From Mustelus asterias (taxonomy: Eukaryota): 63,790 nt of DNA. The number at the start of each line of letters is the position of its first letter. Position 1 is the stretch's first letter. Shown piece after piece: positions 1 through 13,748 of this stretch. The notes beneath the pieces are model-generated. The model was not told where the DNA came from. It did no database searches and was given only the letters and a program-made list of their open reading frames with translations. Location: assembly GCF_964213995.1 (NCBI RefSeq), contig NW_027590628.1:1-63790 (forward strand). The letters run 5' to 3'. A program made the position numbers and the translations under genes.

Positions 1-3000
1 CGACAGAGAGTGTGTGTGAGAGAGACAGAGAGTGTGTGAGCGAAAGAGTGTGTGTGAGAGACAGAGAGTGTGTGAGAGCGAGACAGAGAGTGTGTGTGAG
101 CGAGACAGAGAGTGTGTGTGAGCGAGACAGAGTGTGTGAGAGACAGAGAGTGTGTGTGAGAGACAGAGAGTGTGTGTGAGAGACAGAGTGTGTGTGAGAG
201 AGACAGAGAGTGTGCGTGAGCGAGACAGAGAGTGTGCGTGAGCGAGACAGAGAGTGTGTGTGAGAGACAGAGAGTGTGTGTGAGAGACAGAGAGTGTGTG
301 TGAGAGACAGAGAGTGTGTGTGAGAGACAGAGAGTGTGTGTGAGAGACAGAGAGTGTGTGTGAGAGACAGAGAGTGTGTGTGAGAGACAGAGAGTGTGTG
401 TGAGAGACAGAGTGTGTGTGAGAGACAGAGAGTGTGTGTGAGAGACAGAGAGTGTGTGTGAGAGAGACAGAGAGTGTGTGTGAGAGAGACAGAGAGTGTG
501 TGTGAGAGAGACAGAGAGTGTGTGTGAGAGAGACAGAGTGTGTGTGAGGGAGACAGAGTGTGTGTGAGCGAGAGACAGAGTGTGTGTGAGCGAGAGACAG
601 AGTGTGTGTGAGCGAGAGACAGAGTGTGTGTGAGCGAGACAGAGTGTGTGTGAGCGAGACAGAGTGTGTGTGAGCGAGACAGAGTGTGTGTGAGCGAGAC
701 AGAGTGTGTGTGAGCGAGACAGAGTGTGTGTGAGCGAGACAGAGTGTGTGTGAGCGAGACAGAGTGTGTGTGAGCGAGACAGAGTGTGTGTGAGCGAGAC
801 AGAGTGTGTGTGAGCGAGACAGAGTGTGTGTGAGCGAGACAGAGTGTGTGTGAGCGAGGCAGAGTGTGTGTGAGCGAGACAGAGTGTGTGTGAGCGAGAC
901 AGAGTGTGTGTGAGCGACAGAGAGTGTGTGTGAGCGAGACAGAGAGTGTGTGTGAGAGACAGAGAGTGTGTGAGAGACAGAGAGTGTGTGTGAGAGACAG
1001 AGAGTGTGTGAGAGAGACAGAGTGTGTGTGAGCGACAGAGAGTGTGTGTGAGAGAGACAGAGAGTGTGTGTGAGAGAGACAGAGTGTGTGAGCGAAAGAG
1101 TGTGTGTGAGAGACAGAGAGTGTGTGAGAGCGAGACAGAGAGTGTGTGTGAGCGAGACAGAGAGTGTGTGTGAGCGAGACAGAGTGTGTGAGAGACAGAG
1201 AGTGTGTGTGAGAGACAGAGAGTGTGTGTGAGAGACAGAGTGTGTGTGAGAGAGACAGAGAGTGTGCGTGAGCGAGACAGAGAGTGTGTGTGAGAGACAG
1301 AGAGTGTGTGTGAGAGACAGAGAGTGTGTGTGAGAGACAGAGAGTGTGTGTGAGAGACAGAGAGTGTGTGTGAGAGACAGAGAGTGTGTGTGAGAGACAG
1401 AGTGTGTGTGAGAGACAGAGTGTGTGTGAGAGACAGAGTGTGTGTGAGAGACAGTGTGTGTGAGAGACAGTGTGTGTGAGAGACAGAGAGTGTGTGTGAG
1501 AGAGACAGAGAGTGTGTGTGAGAGAGACAGAGAGTGTGTGTGAGAGACAGAGTGTGTGTGAGAGAGACAGAGTGTGTGTGAGCGAGACAGAGTGTGTGTG
1601 AGCGAGACAGAGTGTGTGTGAGCGAGACAGAGTGTGTGTGAGCGAGACAGAGTGTGTGTGAGCGAGACAGAGTGTGTGTGAGCGAGACAGAGTGTGTGTG
1701 AGCGAGACAGAGTGTGTGTGAGCGAGACAGAGTGTGTGTGAGCGAGACAGAGTGTGTGTGAGCGAGACAGAGTGTGTGTGAGCGAGACAGAGTGTGTGTG
1801 AGCGAGACAGAGTGTGTGTGAGCGAGACAGAGTGTGTGTGAGCGACAGAGAGTGTGTGTGAGCGAGACAGAGAGTGTGTGTGAGAGACAGAGAGTGTGTG
1901 TGAGAGACAGAGAGTGTGCGTGAGTGAGACAGAGAGTGTGCGTGAGTGAGACAGAGAGTGTGCGTGAGTGAGACAGAGTGCGTGAGCGAGAGACAGAGTG
2001 CGTGAGCGAGAGACAGAGTGCGTGAGCGAGAGACAGAGTGCGTGAGCGAGAGACAGAGTGCGTGAGCGAGAGACAGAGTGCGTGAGCGAGAGACAGAGTG
2101 CGTGAGCGAGAGACAGAGTGCGTGAGCGAGAGACAGAGTGCGTGAGCGAGAGACAGAGTGCGTGAGCGAGAGACAGAGTGCGTGAGCGAGAGACAGAGTG
2201 CGTGAGCGAGAGACAGAGTGCGTGAGCGAGAGACAGAGTGCGTGAGCGAGAGACAGAGTGCGTGAGCGAGAGACAGAGTGCGTGAGCGAGAGACAGAGTG
2301 CGTGAGCGAGAGACAGAGTGCGTGAGCGAGAGACAGAGTGCGTGAGCGAGAGACAGAGTGCGTGAGCGAGAGACAGAGTGCGTGAGCGAGAGACAGAGTG
2401 CGTGAGCGAGAGACAGAGTGCGTGAGCGAGAGACAGAGTGCGTGAGCGAGAGACAGAGTGCGTGAGCGAGAGACAGAGTGCGTGAGCGAGAGACAGAGTG
2501 CGTGAGCGAGAGACAGAGTGCGTGAGCGAGAGACAGAGTGCGTGAGCGAGAGACAGAGTGTGTGAGCGAGAGACAGAGTGTGTGAGCGAGAGACAGAGTG
2601 TGTGAGCGAGAGACAGAGTGTGTGAGCGAGAGACAGAGTGTGTGAGCGAGAGACAGAGTGTGTGAGCGAGAGACAGAGTGTGTGAGCGAGAGACAGAGTG
2701 TGTGAGCGAGAGACAGAGTGTGTGAGCGAGAGACAGAGTGTGTGAGCGAGAGACAGAGTGTGTGAGCGAGAGACAGAGTGTGTGTGAGCGAGAGACAGAG
2801 TGTGTGTGAGCGAGAGACAGAGTGTGTGTGAGCGAGAGACAGAGTGTGTGTGAGCGAGAGACAGAGTGTGTGTGAGCGAGAGACAGAGTGTGTATGAGCG
2901 AGAGACAGAGTGTGTGAGCGAGAGACAGAGTGTGTGAGCGAGAGACAGAGTGTGTGAGCGAGAGACAGAGTGTGTGTGAGCGAGAGACAGAGTGTGTGTG

Positions 3001-6000
3001 AGCGAGAGACAGAGTGTGTGTGAGCGAGAGACAGAGTGTGTGTGAGCGAGAGACAGAGTGTGTGTGAGCGAGAGACAGAGTGTGTGAGCGAGAGACAGAG
3101 TGTGTGTGAGCGAGAGACAGAGTGTGTGTGAGCGAGAGACAGAGTGTGTGTGAGCGAGAGACAGAGTGTGTGTGAGCGAGAGACAGAGTGTGTGTGAGCG
3201 AGAGACAGAGTGTGTGTGAGCGAGAGACAGAGTGTGTGAGCGAGAGACAGAGTGTGTGAGCGAGAGACAGAGTGTGTGAGCGAGAGACAGAGTGTGTGTG
3301 AGCGAGAGACAGAGTGTGTGTGAGCGAGAGACAGAGTGTGTGTGAGCGAGAGACAGAGTGTGTGTGAGCGAGAGACAGAGTGTGTGTGAGCGAGAGACAG
3401 AGTGTGTGTGAGCGAGAGACAGAGTGTGTGTGAGCGAGAGACAGAGTGTGTGTGAGCGAGAGACAGAGTGTGTGTGAGCGACAGAGAGTGTGTGTGAGAG
3501 AGACAGAGAGTGTGTGAGCGAAAGAGTGTGTGTGAGAGACAGAGAGTGTGTGAGAGCGAGACAGAGAGTGTGTGTGAGCGAGACAGAGAGTGTGTGTGAG
3601 CGAGACAGAGTGTGTGAGAGACAGAGAGTGTGTGTGAGAGACAGAGAGTGTGTGTGAGAGACAGAGTGTGTGTGAGAGAGACAGAGAGTGTGCGTGAGCG
3701 AGACAGAGAGTGTGTGTGAGAGACAGAGAGTGTGTGTGAGAGACAGAGAGTGTGTGTGAGAGACAGAGAGTGTGTGTGAGAGACAGAGAGTGTGTGTGAG
3801 AGACAGAGAGTGTGTGTGAGAGACAGAGAGTGTGTGTGAGAGACAGAGAGTGTGTGTGAGAGACAGAGTGTGTGTGAGAGACAGAGAGTGTGTGTGAGAG
3901 ACAGAGAGTGTGTGTGAGAGAGACAGAGAGTGTGTGTGAGAGAGACAGAGAGTGTGTGTGAGAGAGACAGAGAGTGTGTGTGAGAGAGACAGAGTGTGTG
4001 TGAGGGAGACAGAGTGTGTGTGAGCGAGAGACAGAGTGTGTGTGAGCGAGAGACAGAGTGTGTGTGAGCGAGAGACAGAGTGTGTGTGAGCGAGACAGAG
4101 TGTGTGTGAGCGAGACAGAGTGTGTGTGAGCGAGACAGAGTGTGTGTGAGCGAGACAGAGTGTGTGTGAGCGAGACAGAGTGTGTGTGAGCGAGACAGAG
4201 TGTGTGTGAGCGAGACAGAGTGTGTGTGAGCGAGACAGAGTGTGTGTGAGCGAGACAGAGTGTGTGTGAGCGAGACAGAGTGTGTGTGAGCGAGACAGAG
4301 TGTGTGTGAGCGAGGCAGAGTGTGTGTGAGCGAGACAGAGTGTGTGTGAGCGAGACAGAGTGTGTGTGAGCGACAGAGAGTGTGTGTGAGCGAGACAGAG
4401 AGTGTGTGTGAGAGACAGAGAGTGTGTGAGAGACAGAGAGTGTGTGTGAGAGACAGAGAGTGTGTGAGAGAGACAGAGTGTGTGTGAGCGACAGAGAGTG
4501 TGTGTGAGAGAGACAGAGAGTGTGTGTGAGAGAGACAGAGAGTGTGTGAGAGCGAGACAGAGAGTGTGTGTGAGCGAGACAGAGAGTGTGTGTGAGCGAG
4601 ACAGAGTGTGTGAGAGACAGAGAGTGTGTGTGAGAGACAGAGAGTGTGTGTGAGAGACAGAGTGTGTGTGAGAGAGACAGAGAGTGTGCGTGAGCGAGAC
4701 AGAGAGTGTGTGTGAGAGACAGAGAGTGTGTGTGAGAGACAGAGAGTGTGTGTGAGAGACAGAGAGTGTGTGTGAGAGACAGAGAGTGTGTGTGAGAGAC
4801 AGAGAGTGTGTGTGAGAGACAGAGTGTGTGTGAGAGACAGAGTGTGTGTGAGAGACAGAGTGTGTGTGAGAGACAGTGTGTGTGAGAGACAGTGTGTGTG
4901 AGAGACAGAGAGTGTGTGTGAGAGAGACAGAGAGTGTGTGTGAGAGAGACAGAGAGTGTGTGTGAGAGACAGAGTGTGTGTGAGAGAGACAGAGTGTGTG
5001 TGAGCGAGACAGAGTGTGTGTGAGCGAGACAGAGTGTGTGTGAGCGAGACAGAGTGTGTGTGAGCGAGACAGAGTGTGTGTGAGCGAGACAGAGTGTGTG
5101 TGAGCGAGACAGAGTGTGTGTGAGCGAGACAGAGTGTGTGTGAGCGAGACAGAGTGTGTGTGAGCGAGACAGAGTGTGTGTGAGCGAGACAGAGTGTGTG
5201 TGAGCGAGACAGAGTGTGTGTGAGCGAGACAGAGTGTGTGTGAGCGAGACAGAGTGTGTGTGAGCGACAGAGAGTGTGTGTGAGCGAGACAGAGAGTGTG
5301 TGTGAGAGACAGAGAGTGTGTGTGAGAGACAGAGAGTGTGTGAGAGACAGAGAGTGTGTGTGAGAGACAGAGAGTGTGTGAGAGAGACAGAGTGTGTGTG
5401 AGCGACAGAGAGTGTGTGTGAGAGAGACAGAGAGTGTGTGAGCGAAAGAGTGTGTGTGAGAGACAGAGAGTGTGTGAGAGCGAGACAGAGAGTGTGTGAG
5501 AGCGAGACAGAGAGTGTGTGTGAGCGAGACAGAGAGTGTGTGTGAGCGAGACAGAGTGTGTGAGAGACAGAGAGTGTGTGTGAGAGACAGAGAGTGTGTG
5601 TGAGAGACAGAGTGTGTGTGAGAGAGACAGAGAGTGTGCGTGAGCGAGACAGAGAGTGTGTGTGAGAGACAGAGAGTGTGTGTGAGAGACAGAGAGTGTG
5701 TGTGAGAGACAGAGAGTGTGTGTGAGAGACAGAGAGTGTGTGTGAGAGACAGAGTGTGTGTGAGAGACAGAGTGTGTGTGAGAGACAGAGTGTGTGTGAG
5801 AGACAGAGTGTGTGTGAGAGACAGTGTGTGTGAGAGACAGAGAGTGTGTGTGAGAGAGACAGAGAGTGTGTGTGAGAGACAGAGTGTGTGTGAGAGAGAC
5901 AGAGTGTGTGTGAGCGAGACAGAGTGTGTGTGAGCGAGACAGAGTGTGTGTGAGCGAGACAGAGTGTGTGTGAGCGAGACAGAGTGTGTGTGAGCGAGAC

Positions 6001-6180
6001 AGAGTGTGTGTGAGCGAGACAGAGTGTGTGTGAGCGAGACAGAGAGTGTGTGAGCGAGACAGAGAGTGTGTGAGCGAGACAGAGAGTGTGTGTGAGCGAA
6101 ACAGAGAGTGTGTGTGAGTGACAGAGAGTGTGTGTTTGAGAGACAGAGAGTGTGTGTGAGAGACAGAGAGTGTGTGTGTG

Positions 6181-6342
6181 NNNNNNNNNNNNNNNNNNNN
6201 NNNNNNNNNNNNNNNNNNNNNNNNNNNNNNNNNNNNNNNNNNNNNNNNNNNNNNNNNNNNNNNNNNNNNNNNNNNNNNNNNNNNNNNNNNNNNNNNNNNN
6301 NNNNNNNNNNNNNNNNNNNNNNNNNNNNNNNNNNNNNNNNNN
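6181..6342. other. Assembly gap (N run)
   Basis: Run of n characters. Confidence 1.
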
Positions 6343-7392
6343 ATTGTGTGAGCGAGACAGAGAGTGTGTGTGAGCGACAGAGAGTGTGTGTGAGCGACAG
6401 AGTGTGTGTGTGAGAGACAGAGAGTGTGTGTGAGAGAGACAGAGAGTGTGTGTGAGAGAGACAGAGAGTGTGTGTGAGAGATAGAGATTGTGTGAGCAAG
6501 ACAGAGAGTGTGTGTGAGAGACAGAGAGTGTGTGTGAGTGAGACAGAGAGTGTGTGTGAGTGAGACAGAGAGTGTGTGTGAGAGACAGAGAGTGTGTGAG
6601 CGAGACAGAGAGTGTGTGTGAGAGACAGAGAGTGTGTGTGAGCGACAGAGAGTGTGTGTGAGCGACAGAGAGTGTGTGTGAGAGAGACGGAGAGTGTGTG
6701 TGAGAGAGACGGAGAGTGTGTGTGTGAGAGACAGAGATTGTGTGAGCGAGACAGAGAGTGTGTGTGAGAGACAGAGAGTGTGTGTGAGAGACAGAGAGTG
6801 TGTGTGAGAGACCGAGTGTGTGTGAGCGAGACAGAGAGTGTGTGTGAGAGACCGAGAGTGTGTGTGTGAGACAGAGAGTGTGTGTGAGAGACAGAGAGTG
6901 TGTGTGAGAGACAGAGAGTGTGTGTGAGAGACAGAGAGTGTGTGTGAGAGACAGAGAGTGTGTGTGAGAGACAGAGAGTGTGTGTGAGAGACAGAGAGTG
7001 TGTGTGAGAGAGACAGAGAATCTGTGTGAGAGAGACAGAGAATGTGTGTGAGCGAGACAGAGAGTGTGTGTGAGAGACAGAGAGTGTGTGTGAGAGACAG
7101 AGAGTGTGTGTGAGAGACAGAGAGTGTGTGTGAGAGACAGAGAGTGTGTGTGAGAGACAGAGAGTGTGTGTGAGAGACAGAGAGTGTGTGTGAGAGACAG
7201 AGAGTGTGTGTGAGAGACAGAGAGTGTGTGTGAGAGACAGAGAGTGTGTGTGAGAGACAGAGAGTGTGTGTGAGAGACAGAGAGTGTGTGTGAGAGACAG
7301 AGAGTGTGTGTGAGAGACAGAGAGTGTGTGTGAGAGACAGAGAGTGTGTGTGAGAGACAGAGAGTGTGTGTGAGAGACAGAGAGTGTGTGTG

Positions 7393-7532
7393 NNNNNNNN
7401 NNNNNNNNNNNNNNNNNNNNNNNNNNNNNNNNNNNNNNNNNNNNNNNNNNNNNNNNNNNNNNNNNNNNNNNNNNNNNNNNNNNNNNNNNNNNNNNNNNNN
7501 NNNNNNNNNNNNNNNNNNNNNNNNNNNNNNNN
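7393..7532. other. Assembly gap (N run)
   Basis: Run of n characters. Confidence 1.
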
Positions 7533-9289
7533 AGAGTGTGTGTGAGCGAGACAGAGGGTGTGTGTGAGAGACAGAGAGTGTGTGTGAGCGAGACAGAGAG
7601 TGTGTGTGAGCGAGACAGAGAGTGTGTGTGAGAGACAGAGAGTGTGTGTGAGCGAGACAGAGGGTGTGTGAGCGAGACAGAGGGTGTGTGAGCGAGAAAG
7701 AGAGTGTGTGTGAGCGAGACAGAGAGTGTGTGTGAGCGAGACAGAGAGTGTGTGTGAGCGAGACAGAGAGTGTGTGTGAGCGACAGAGAGTGTGTGTGAG
7801 AGAGACAGAGAGTGTGTGTGAGAGACAGAGTGTGTGTGAGAGACAGAGTGTGTGTGAGAGACAGAGTGTGTGTGAGAGACAGAGTGTGTGTGAGAGACAG
7901 AGTGTGTGTGAGAGACAGTGTGTGTGAGAGACAGTGTGTGTGAGAGACAGAGAGTGTGTGTGAGAGAGACAGAGAGTGTGTGAGCGAGACAGAGAGTGTG
8001 TGAGCGAGACAGAGAGTGTGTGTGAGAGAGACAGAGAGTGTGTGAGCGAGACAGAGAGTGTGTGAGCGAGACAGTGTGTGTGTGAGCGAGACAGAGTGTG
8101 TGTGAGCGAGACAGAGAGTGTGTGTGAGAGAGACAGAGAGTGTGTGAGCGAGACAGAGAGTGTGTGAGCGAGACAGAGAGTGTGTGAGCGAGACAGAGAG
8201 TGTGTGAGCGAGACAGAGAGTGTGTGAGCGAGACAGAGAGTGTGTGAGCGAGACAGAGAGTGTGTGTGAGAGACAGACTGTGTGTTTGAGAGACAGACTG
8301 TGTGTGTGAGAGACAGACTGTGTGTGTGAGAGACAGACTGTGTGTGTGAGAGACAGACTGTGTGTGTGAGAGACAGACTGTGTGTGTGAGAGACAGACTG
8401 TGTGTGTGAGAGACAGACTGTGTGTGTGAGAGACAGACTGTGTGTGTGAGAGACAGACTGTGTGTGTGAGAGACAGACTGTGTGTGAGAGACAGACTGTG
8501 TGTGTGAGAGACAGAGAGTGTGTGAGAGACAGAGAGTGTGTGAGAGACAGAGAGTGTGTGAGAGACAGAGAGTGTGTGAGAGACAGAGAGTGTGTGAGAG
8601 ACAGAGAGTGTGTGAGAGACAGAGTGTGTGAGAGACAGAGTGTGTGAGAGACAGAGTGTGTGAGAGACAGAGTGTGTGAGAGACAGAGTGTGTGTGAGAG
8701 ACAGAGTGTGTGTGAGAGACAGAGTGTGTGTGAGAGACAGAGTGTGTGTGAGAGACAGAGTGTGTGTGAGAGACAGAGTGTGTGTGAGAGACAGAGTGTG
8801 TGTGAGAGACAGAGTGTGTGTGAGAGACAGAGTGTGTGTGAGCGAGACAGAGAGTGTGTGTGAGCGAGACAGAGAGTGTGTGTGAGAGAGACAGAAAGTG
8901 TGTGAGAGACAGAGAGTGTGTGTGAGAGACAGAGAGTGTGTGTGAGAGACAGAGAGTGTGTGAGAGACAGAGAGTGTGTGTGAGAGACAGAGAGTGTGTG
9001 TGAGAGACAGAGAGTGTGTGTGAGAGAGACAGAAAGTGTGTGAGAGACAGAGAGTGTGTGAGAGACAGAGAGTGTGTGTGCGTGCAAGTGAGTGAATGTG
9101 AGTGTGTGTGAGGGAGTATTCATGTGTGTGTTGATGAGAGTGTGTTAAAGCGAGTGTTTATGAGAGTGAGTGTGTGTGTGAGCAAGTGTGCAAGAGGGAG
9201 TGTGTAAAAGTGAGTATGTGTGTAATGTGTGTGAGACTGTGTAAGTGTACAACAGTGAGTGAGTGCTGGCGGGAGAGTGCAGGAGTGTT

Positions 9290-9590
9290 AAGTTTCAGTT
9301 TATTTACGAGTGTCACAAGTAGGTTTACATTAACACTGCAATGAAGTTACTGTGAGAATCCCCGAGTCGCCCACACTCCGGTGCCTGTTCGGGTTACACT
9401 GAGGGAGAATTTAGCACGGCCAATGCACCCTAACCAGCACGTCTTTCAGACTGTGGGAGGAAACCGGAGCACCCGGAGGAAACCCACGCAGACATGGGGA
9501 GAACGTGCAGACTCCGCACAGACAGTGACCCAAGCCGGGAATCGAACCCGGGTACCTGGCGCTGTGAGGCAGCAGTGCTAACCACCGGTG
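9290..9590 (-). mobile_element. tRNA-derived V-SINE (HE1-like head and body, non-CR1 tail)
   Basis: Minus strand reads GGTTAGCACTGCTGCCTCACAGCGCCAGG...GGTTCGATTCCCGG (tRNA-like A/B boxes), then the body GGGTTTCCTCCGGGTGCTCCGGTTTCCTCCCACAG and the tail CAGTAACTTCATTGCAGTGTTAATGTAA. Many copies in the window. Confidence 0.88.
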
Positions 9591-11115
9591 ATAAGGGGGA
9601 GAGTTAACAGAAAGCAGCTGGTGAGAATATACTGGCCGGTTTTAATTTAATCCAAATTAATGAATTAGAAACTTTTAACCTAAGGAATTGACATCCGAGG
9701 ATTTCAGTTTAAAATCCCATTGAACCTCCGTGTCTCTTAATGGGATGTTTTTGTCTGTATTTAGTAATTAGTGACTTCATATCTCACAGCGAGATAAATA
9801 AAACTTTTTTCCAATTGATAGGGACAGCTCAATGGACAAAACTGGTGTGAGAAAGGGGCAAATCCTTTGAAAATGGAGGCAGAGAGGAGGCTTTGTTCAA
9901 CTCCCATTCTTTCCCTGTCTTCAGCAGGCTGGGCAGGAAGTGTGAGCAGAGAGGGGGGGGATAGACAGACACACACTGACACAATCCCCCCAATCCACTC
10001 ACTCACACATCCCGATTCCCCCTCCACTCGCTGGGTTGTGGGGAGCGGCTGCAAGGATTTTCAGGGCTGCTGTGGGGGGGGTCAGGGGTTTTTTGAAATG
10101 GACGAACACGACCTACAGGGGAAAAGAAATAAAGTTTGAAACTAAACTAAAGAAACTAAAGGCAGGAGCTTGCAGAATCCATTGCCTCCCTGCATTAACA
10201 TATCAATAGTCAGTCTGACATTGCCACAAACTCCTCTGGGGTGAGAGGGGGAGGGGGGGTGAATTAGCATCTCAATAGAGAGACAGACATTGCAGACATG
10301 TCAGAGACTCAGGGTGGGGTTTGCATCCAGCACACTCAGGATAAATGTGAATGAGAGCCTTCAGTCTCCACACCAATAATCCCCCTGCATTGAAAACATT
10401 CCCACTCTGATTCAGTGTGTGTGTGTGTGTCTCAATCTGCGTTTTTACCTGTGCTTTGCTTGTGTGGACATGATGCTGAATGGACTTGAATGGAAATGCT
10501 GGACTCCTCGCTGTGATATGTTGTGTGTCTTATTGTTAAAATGGCCTTGTCTCTTTTTCTCTCTCTTTTTAACCAATTTTTATCTCTTTTTCTCCTGAGG
10601 AATTTTGAAAACTGGGGATGTGTCGAGGATCCAAAGGACGGGAATGTTTGTGACCAGGATGAGGGAGAGGAGCTTCTTCCAGAGGGAGGGCTGACTGAGG
10701 CCTGTTGCTCAGGCTTCATCCCGAGTGAGTTGTGTCTGTTTATTAACCTGATCCAGATTTAATGTTTCATATCAGAGGGAGCGAGATCTGAATGAGAGTG
10801 GAATAGAGAGAGAGAGAGAGAAACACACAGGGAGGGAACTGTCTCAATCTCTTTAGTCTCTGCTTTACAACTGACTTGTTGTGTTTGGGTGTTACTGAGA
10901 GATTGTGTCACTGAGAGGAGATCCTGGGTTTTTTGCTGTGCTATTTAATTTAAATATTTTCTTGTATTTTAATTATTTTCTCTCTCTTTCCCCAAGAATT
11001 AATATTTAGATTTTACTGAGAGATTGTGTAACTGAGAAGGGGGAATCCTGGGCTCTTGTGCTATTTAATTTAAAGAATTCTTGTATTTTAATTAATTATT
11101 TTCTCTTCTCCCCAG

Positions 11116-11217
11116 GAATTTGAATTTTGAAGACTGCAATGGGACTCGGAATCCTTGGACAAGGGGCTTTTCTCCAGAGGAGGATGGATGGACTGAAGCC
11201 TGTTCTATAGGCCGCAT
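11116..11217 (+). other. Putative symmetric (phase 2-2) 102-nt exon, copy 1 of 4: NLNFEDCNGTRNPWTRGFSPEEDGWTEACSIGR
   Basis: Polypyrimidine tract plus CAG acceptor and GTGAGT donor. Only one frame is open, and it is open in all four copies (also 12034-12135, 12949-13050, 14454-14555). Confidence 0.4.
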
Positions 11218-13489
11218 GTGAGTTGTCTCTTTGTTACCCTGATCCAGGTTTAATTTTAATCTCGCTTCCTCGGATGAACCAGTTCTGGTTCGATTGTGGG
11301 GTGTGGGGGGGCAGCTGGAGTTTGAAACCCTGGGGTTAAAATATCCCGGCTTTGCAGTTAGTCAGAAACAGGTTAACCCTTTGCTGGGTGGCAAAGAGTA
11401 AATTAAATATCTGTAATATGAAGCAGTCTGAAAGTTAGTTTTAAATCCAAGATAACAGGGGATGGGAGACAGAGCGCTGTTCCTAATTGTTGAATAAAAT
11501 TCATAGAGGCCTTTACAATTCAGTTTTCAGATGTTCAGACTTTCATTGTGTCCTCTCTGCAGCTTTTCCGCCATTCTGTCTATTTCTCTCCGCTTTCTCT
11601 CTTTCTCTCCCTTTCCTTCCTCTATCTGTCTCTCTTTTCTATTCCCTCTCTCTCCCTCTTTTTCCCAGGAAGTCATATTTTGTTGGACAATCTCTCAGTA
11701 AAATCTGAGAAGGGGGAATCTTGGGCTCTTGTGCTATTTAATTTAAACATTTTCTGGTATTTTAATATATTTCTCTCTCTTTTACCCAAGAATTAATATT
11801 TAGCTTTTACTGAGAGATTGTGTAACTGAGAAAGGGGAATCCTGGGCTCTTGTGCTATTTAATTTCAACATTTTCTTGTATTTAAATTAATTATATTCTA
11901 TCTCTTCCCAAGGAATTCATATTTAGTTAAACAATCTCTCAGTGAAATCTTAGAAGGGGGAATCCTGGGCTCTTGTGCTATTTAATTTAAACATTTTCTT
12001 GTACCTTAATTAATTATTTTCTCTTCTCCCCAGGAATTTGAATTTTGAAGACTGCAACATGACTCGGAATCCTTGGACAAGGGGCTTTTCTCCAGAGGAG
12101 GATGGATGGACTGAGGCCTGTTCTATAGGCCGCATGTGAGTTGTCGTCTCTTTATTACCCTGATCCAGGTTTAATTTTAATCTCGCTTCCTCGGATGAAC
12201 CAGTCCTGGTTCGATTGTGGGGTGGGGGGGCTGGAGTTTGAAACCCTGGGGTTAAAATATCCCGGCTTTGCAATTAGTTACAAACAGGTTAACCCTTTGG
12301 TGGGTGGCAAAGAGTAAATTAAATGTCTGTAATATGAAACTGTCTCAATTTGTTTTAAATCCAAGGTAACAGGGATGGGAGACAGACTGCTGTTCCTAAT
12401 TGTTGAATAAAATTCACAGAGGCCTTTACAATTCAGTTTTCAGAAGTTCAGAATTTCATTTCGTCCTCTCTGCAGCTTTTCCCCCATTCTCTCTATTTCC
12501 TCTCTGTTTTCTTTCTCTCCATCCCTTTCCTTCCTCTATCTGTCTCTTTTTTTTATTCCCTCTCTCTCCCTCTTTTTCCCAGGAAATAATATTTTTTTGG
12601 ACAATCTCTCAGTAAAATCTGAGAAGGGGGAATCCTGGGGCTCTTGTGCTATTTAATTTAAACATTTTCTGGTATTTTAATATATTTCTCTCTCTTTTAC
12701 CCAAGAACTAATATATAGATTTTACTGAGAGATTGTGTAACTGAGAAAGGGGAATCCTGGGCTCTTGTGCTATTTAATTTCAACATTTTCTTGTATTTAA
12801 ATTAATTATATTCTATCTCTTCCCAAGGAATTCATATTTAGTTAAACAATCTCTCAGTGAAATCTTAGAAGGGGGAATCCTGGGCTCTTGTGCTATTTAA
12901 TTTAAACATTTTCTTGTACCTTAATTCATTATTTTCTCTTCTCCCCAGGAATTTGAATTTTGAAGACTGCAATGGGACTGAGAATCCTTGGACAAGGGGC
13001 TTTTCTCCAGAGGAGGATGGATGGACTGAGGCCTGTTCTATAGGCCGCATGTGAGTTGTCGTCTCTTTATTACCCTGATCCAGGTTTAATTTTAATCTCG
13101 CTTCCTCGGATGAACCAGTCCTGGTTCGATTGTGGGGTGTGGGGGGGTGGAGTTTGAAACCCTGTGGTTAAAATATCCTGGCATTGCAGTTAGTCGCAAA
13201 CAGGTTAACCCTTTGCTGGGTGGCAAAGAGTAAATTAAATATCTGTAATATGAAACTGTCTAAAAGTTTGATGCAAATCCAAAATAACAGGGGTGGGAGA
13301 GAGTGATTTACCCGAATGTTAAATAAGATTCACAGAGGACATTACAATTCAATTTTCTGAAGTTCAGCCTTTACATTTATCTTCCCCTCTGCAGCTTTCT
13401 TCCCCATTCTATTTCTCTCTGTCTCTCTCTCCAGTATTTTTCCCCTATCTTCAGCTTTCTCTCCCTTCCTGTTTCTTTCCATTCATCTC

Positions 13490-13748
13490 TCCCTCTCGAG
13501 CATTCTTCCATATCTGTCCATCACTCACCAGAATGTCTCTCTCTCCCTCTCGAGCATTCTTCCATATCAGTCCATCACTCACCAGAATGTCTCTCTCTCC
13601 CTCTCGAGCATTCTTCCATATCTGTCTATCACTCTCCAGAATGTCTCTCTCTCGAGCGTTCTTCCATATCTGTCCATCACTCTCCAGAATGTCTCTCTCT
13701 CGAGCATTCTTCCATATCTGTCTATCACTCTCCAGAATGTCGCTCTCT
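13490..13748. repeat. Minisatellite, ~44-50-bp unit (CTCTCGAGCATTCTTCCATATCTGTCCATCACTCTCCAGAATGTCT), ~5 copies
   Basis: Direct tandem repeats; they explain the repetitive ORFs at 13451-13797. Confidence 0.95.

Larger units (their letters stand above)
1..9080. repeat. GA/GT-rich minisatellite, ~18-22-bp units of the type GAGAGACAGAGAGTGTGTGT / GAGCGAGACAGAGTGTGTGT
   Basis: Visible tandem periodicity throughout. Perfect 20-mer block CGTGAGCGAGAGACAGAGTG at ~1981-2560. The ORFs here are low-complexity artefacts. Confidence 0.98.

Noticed and set aside
5718-8885. ORFs in the minisatellite (CERQRV/VRDRV repeats)
   Set aside because: Translations of simple repeats and N gaps.
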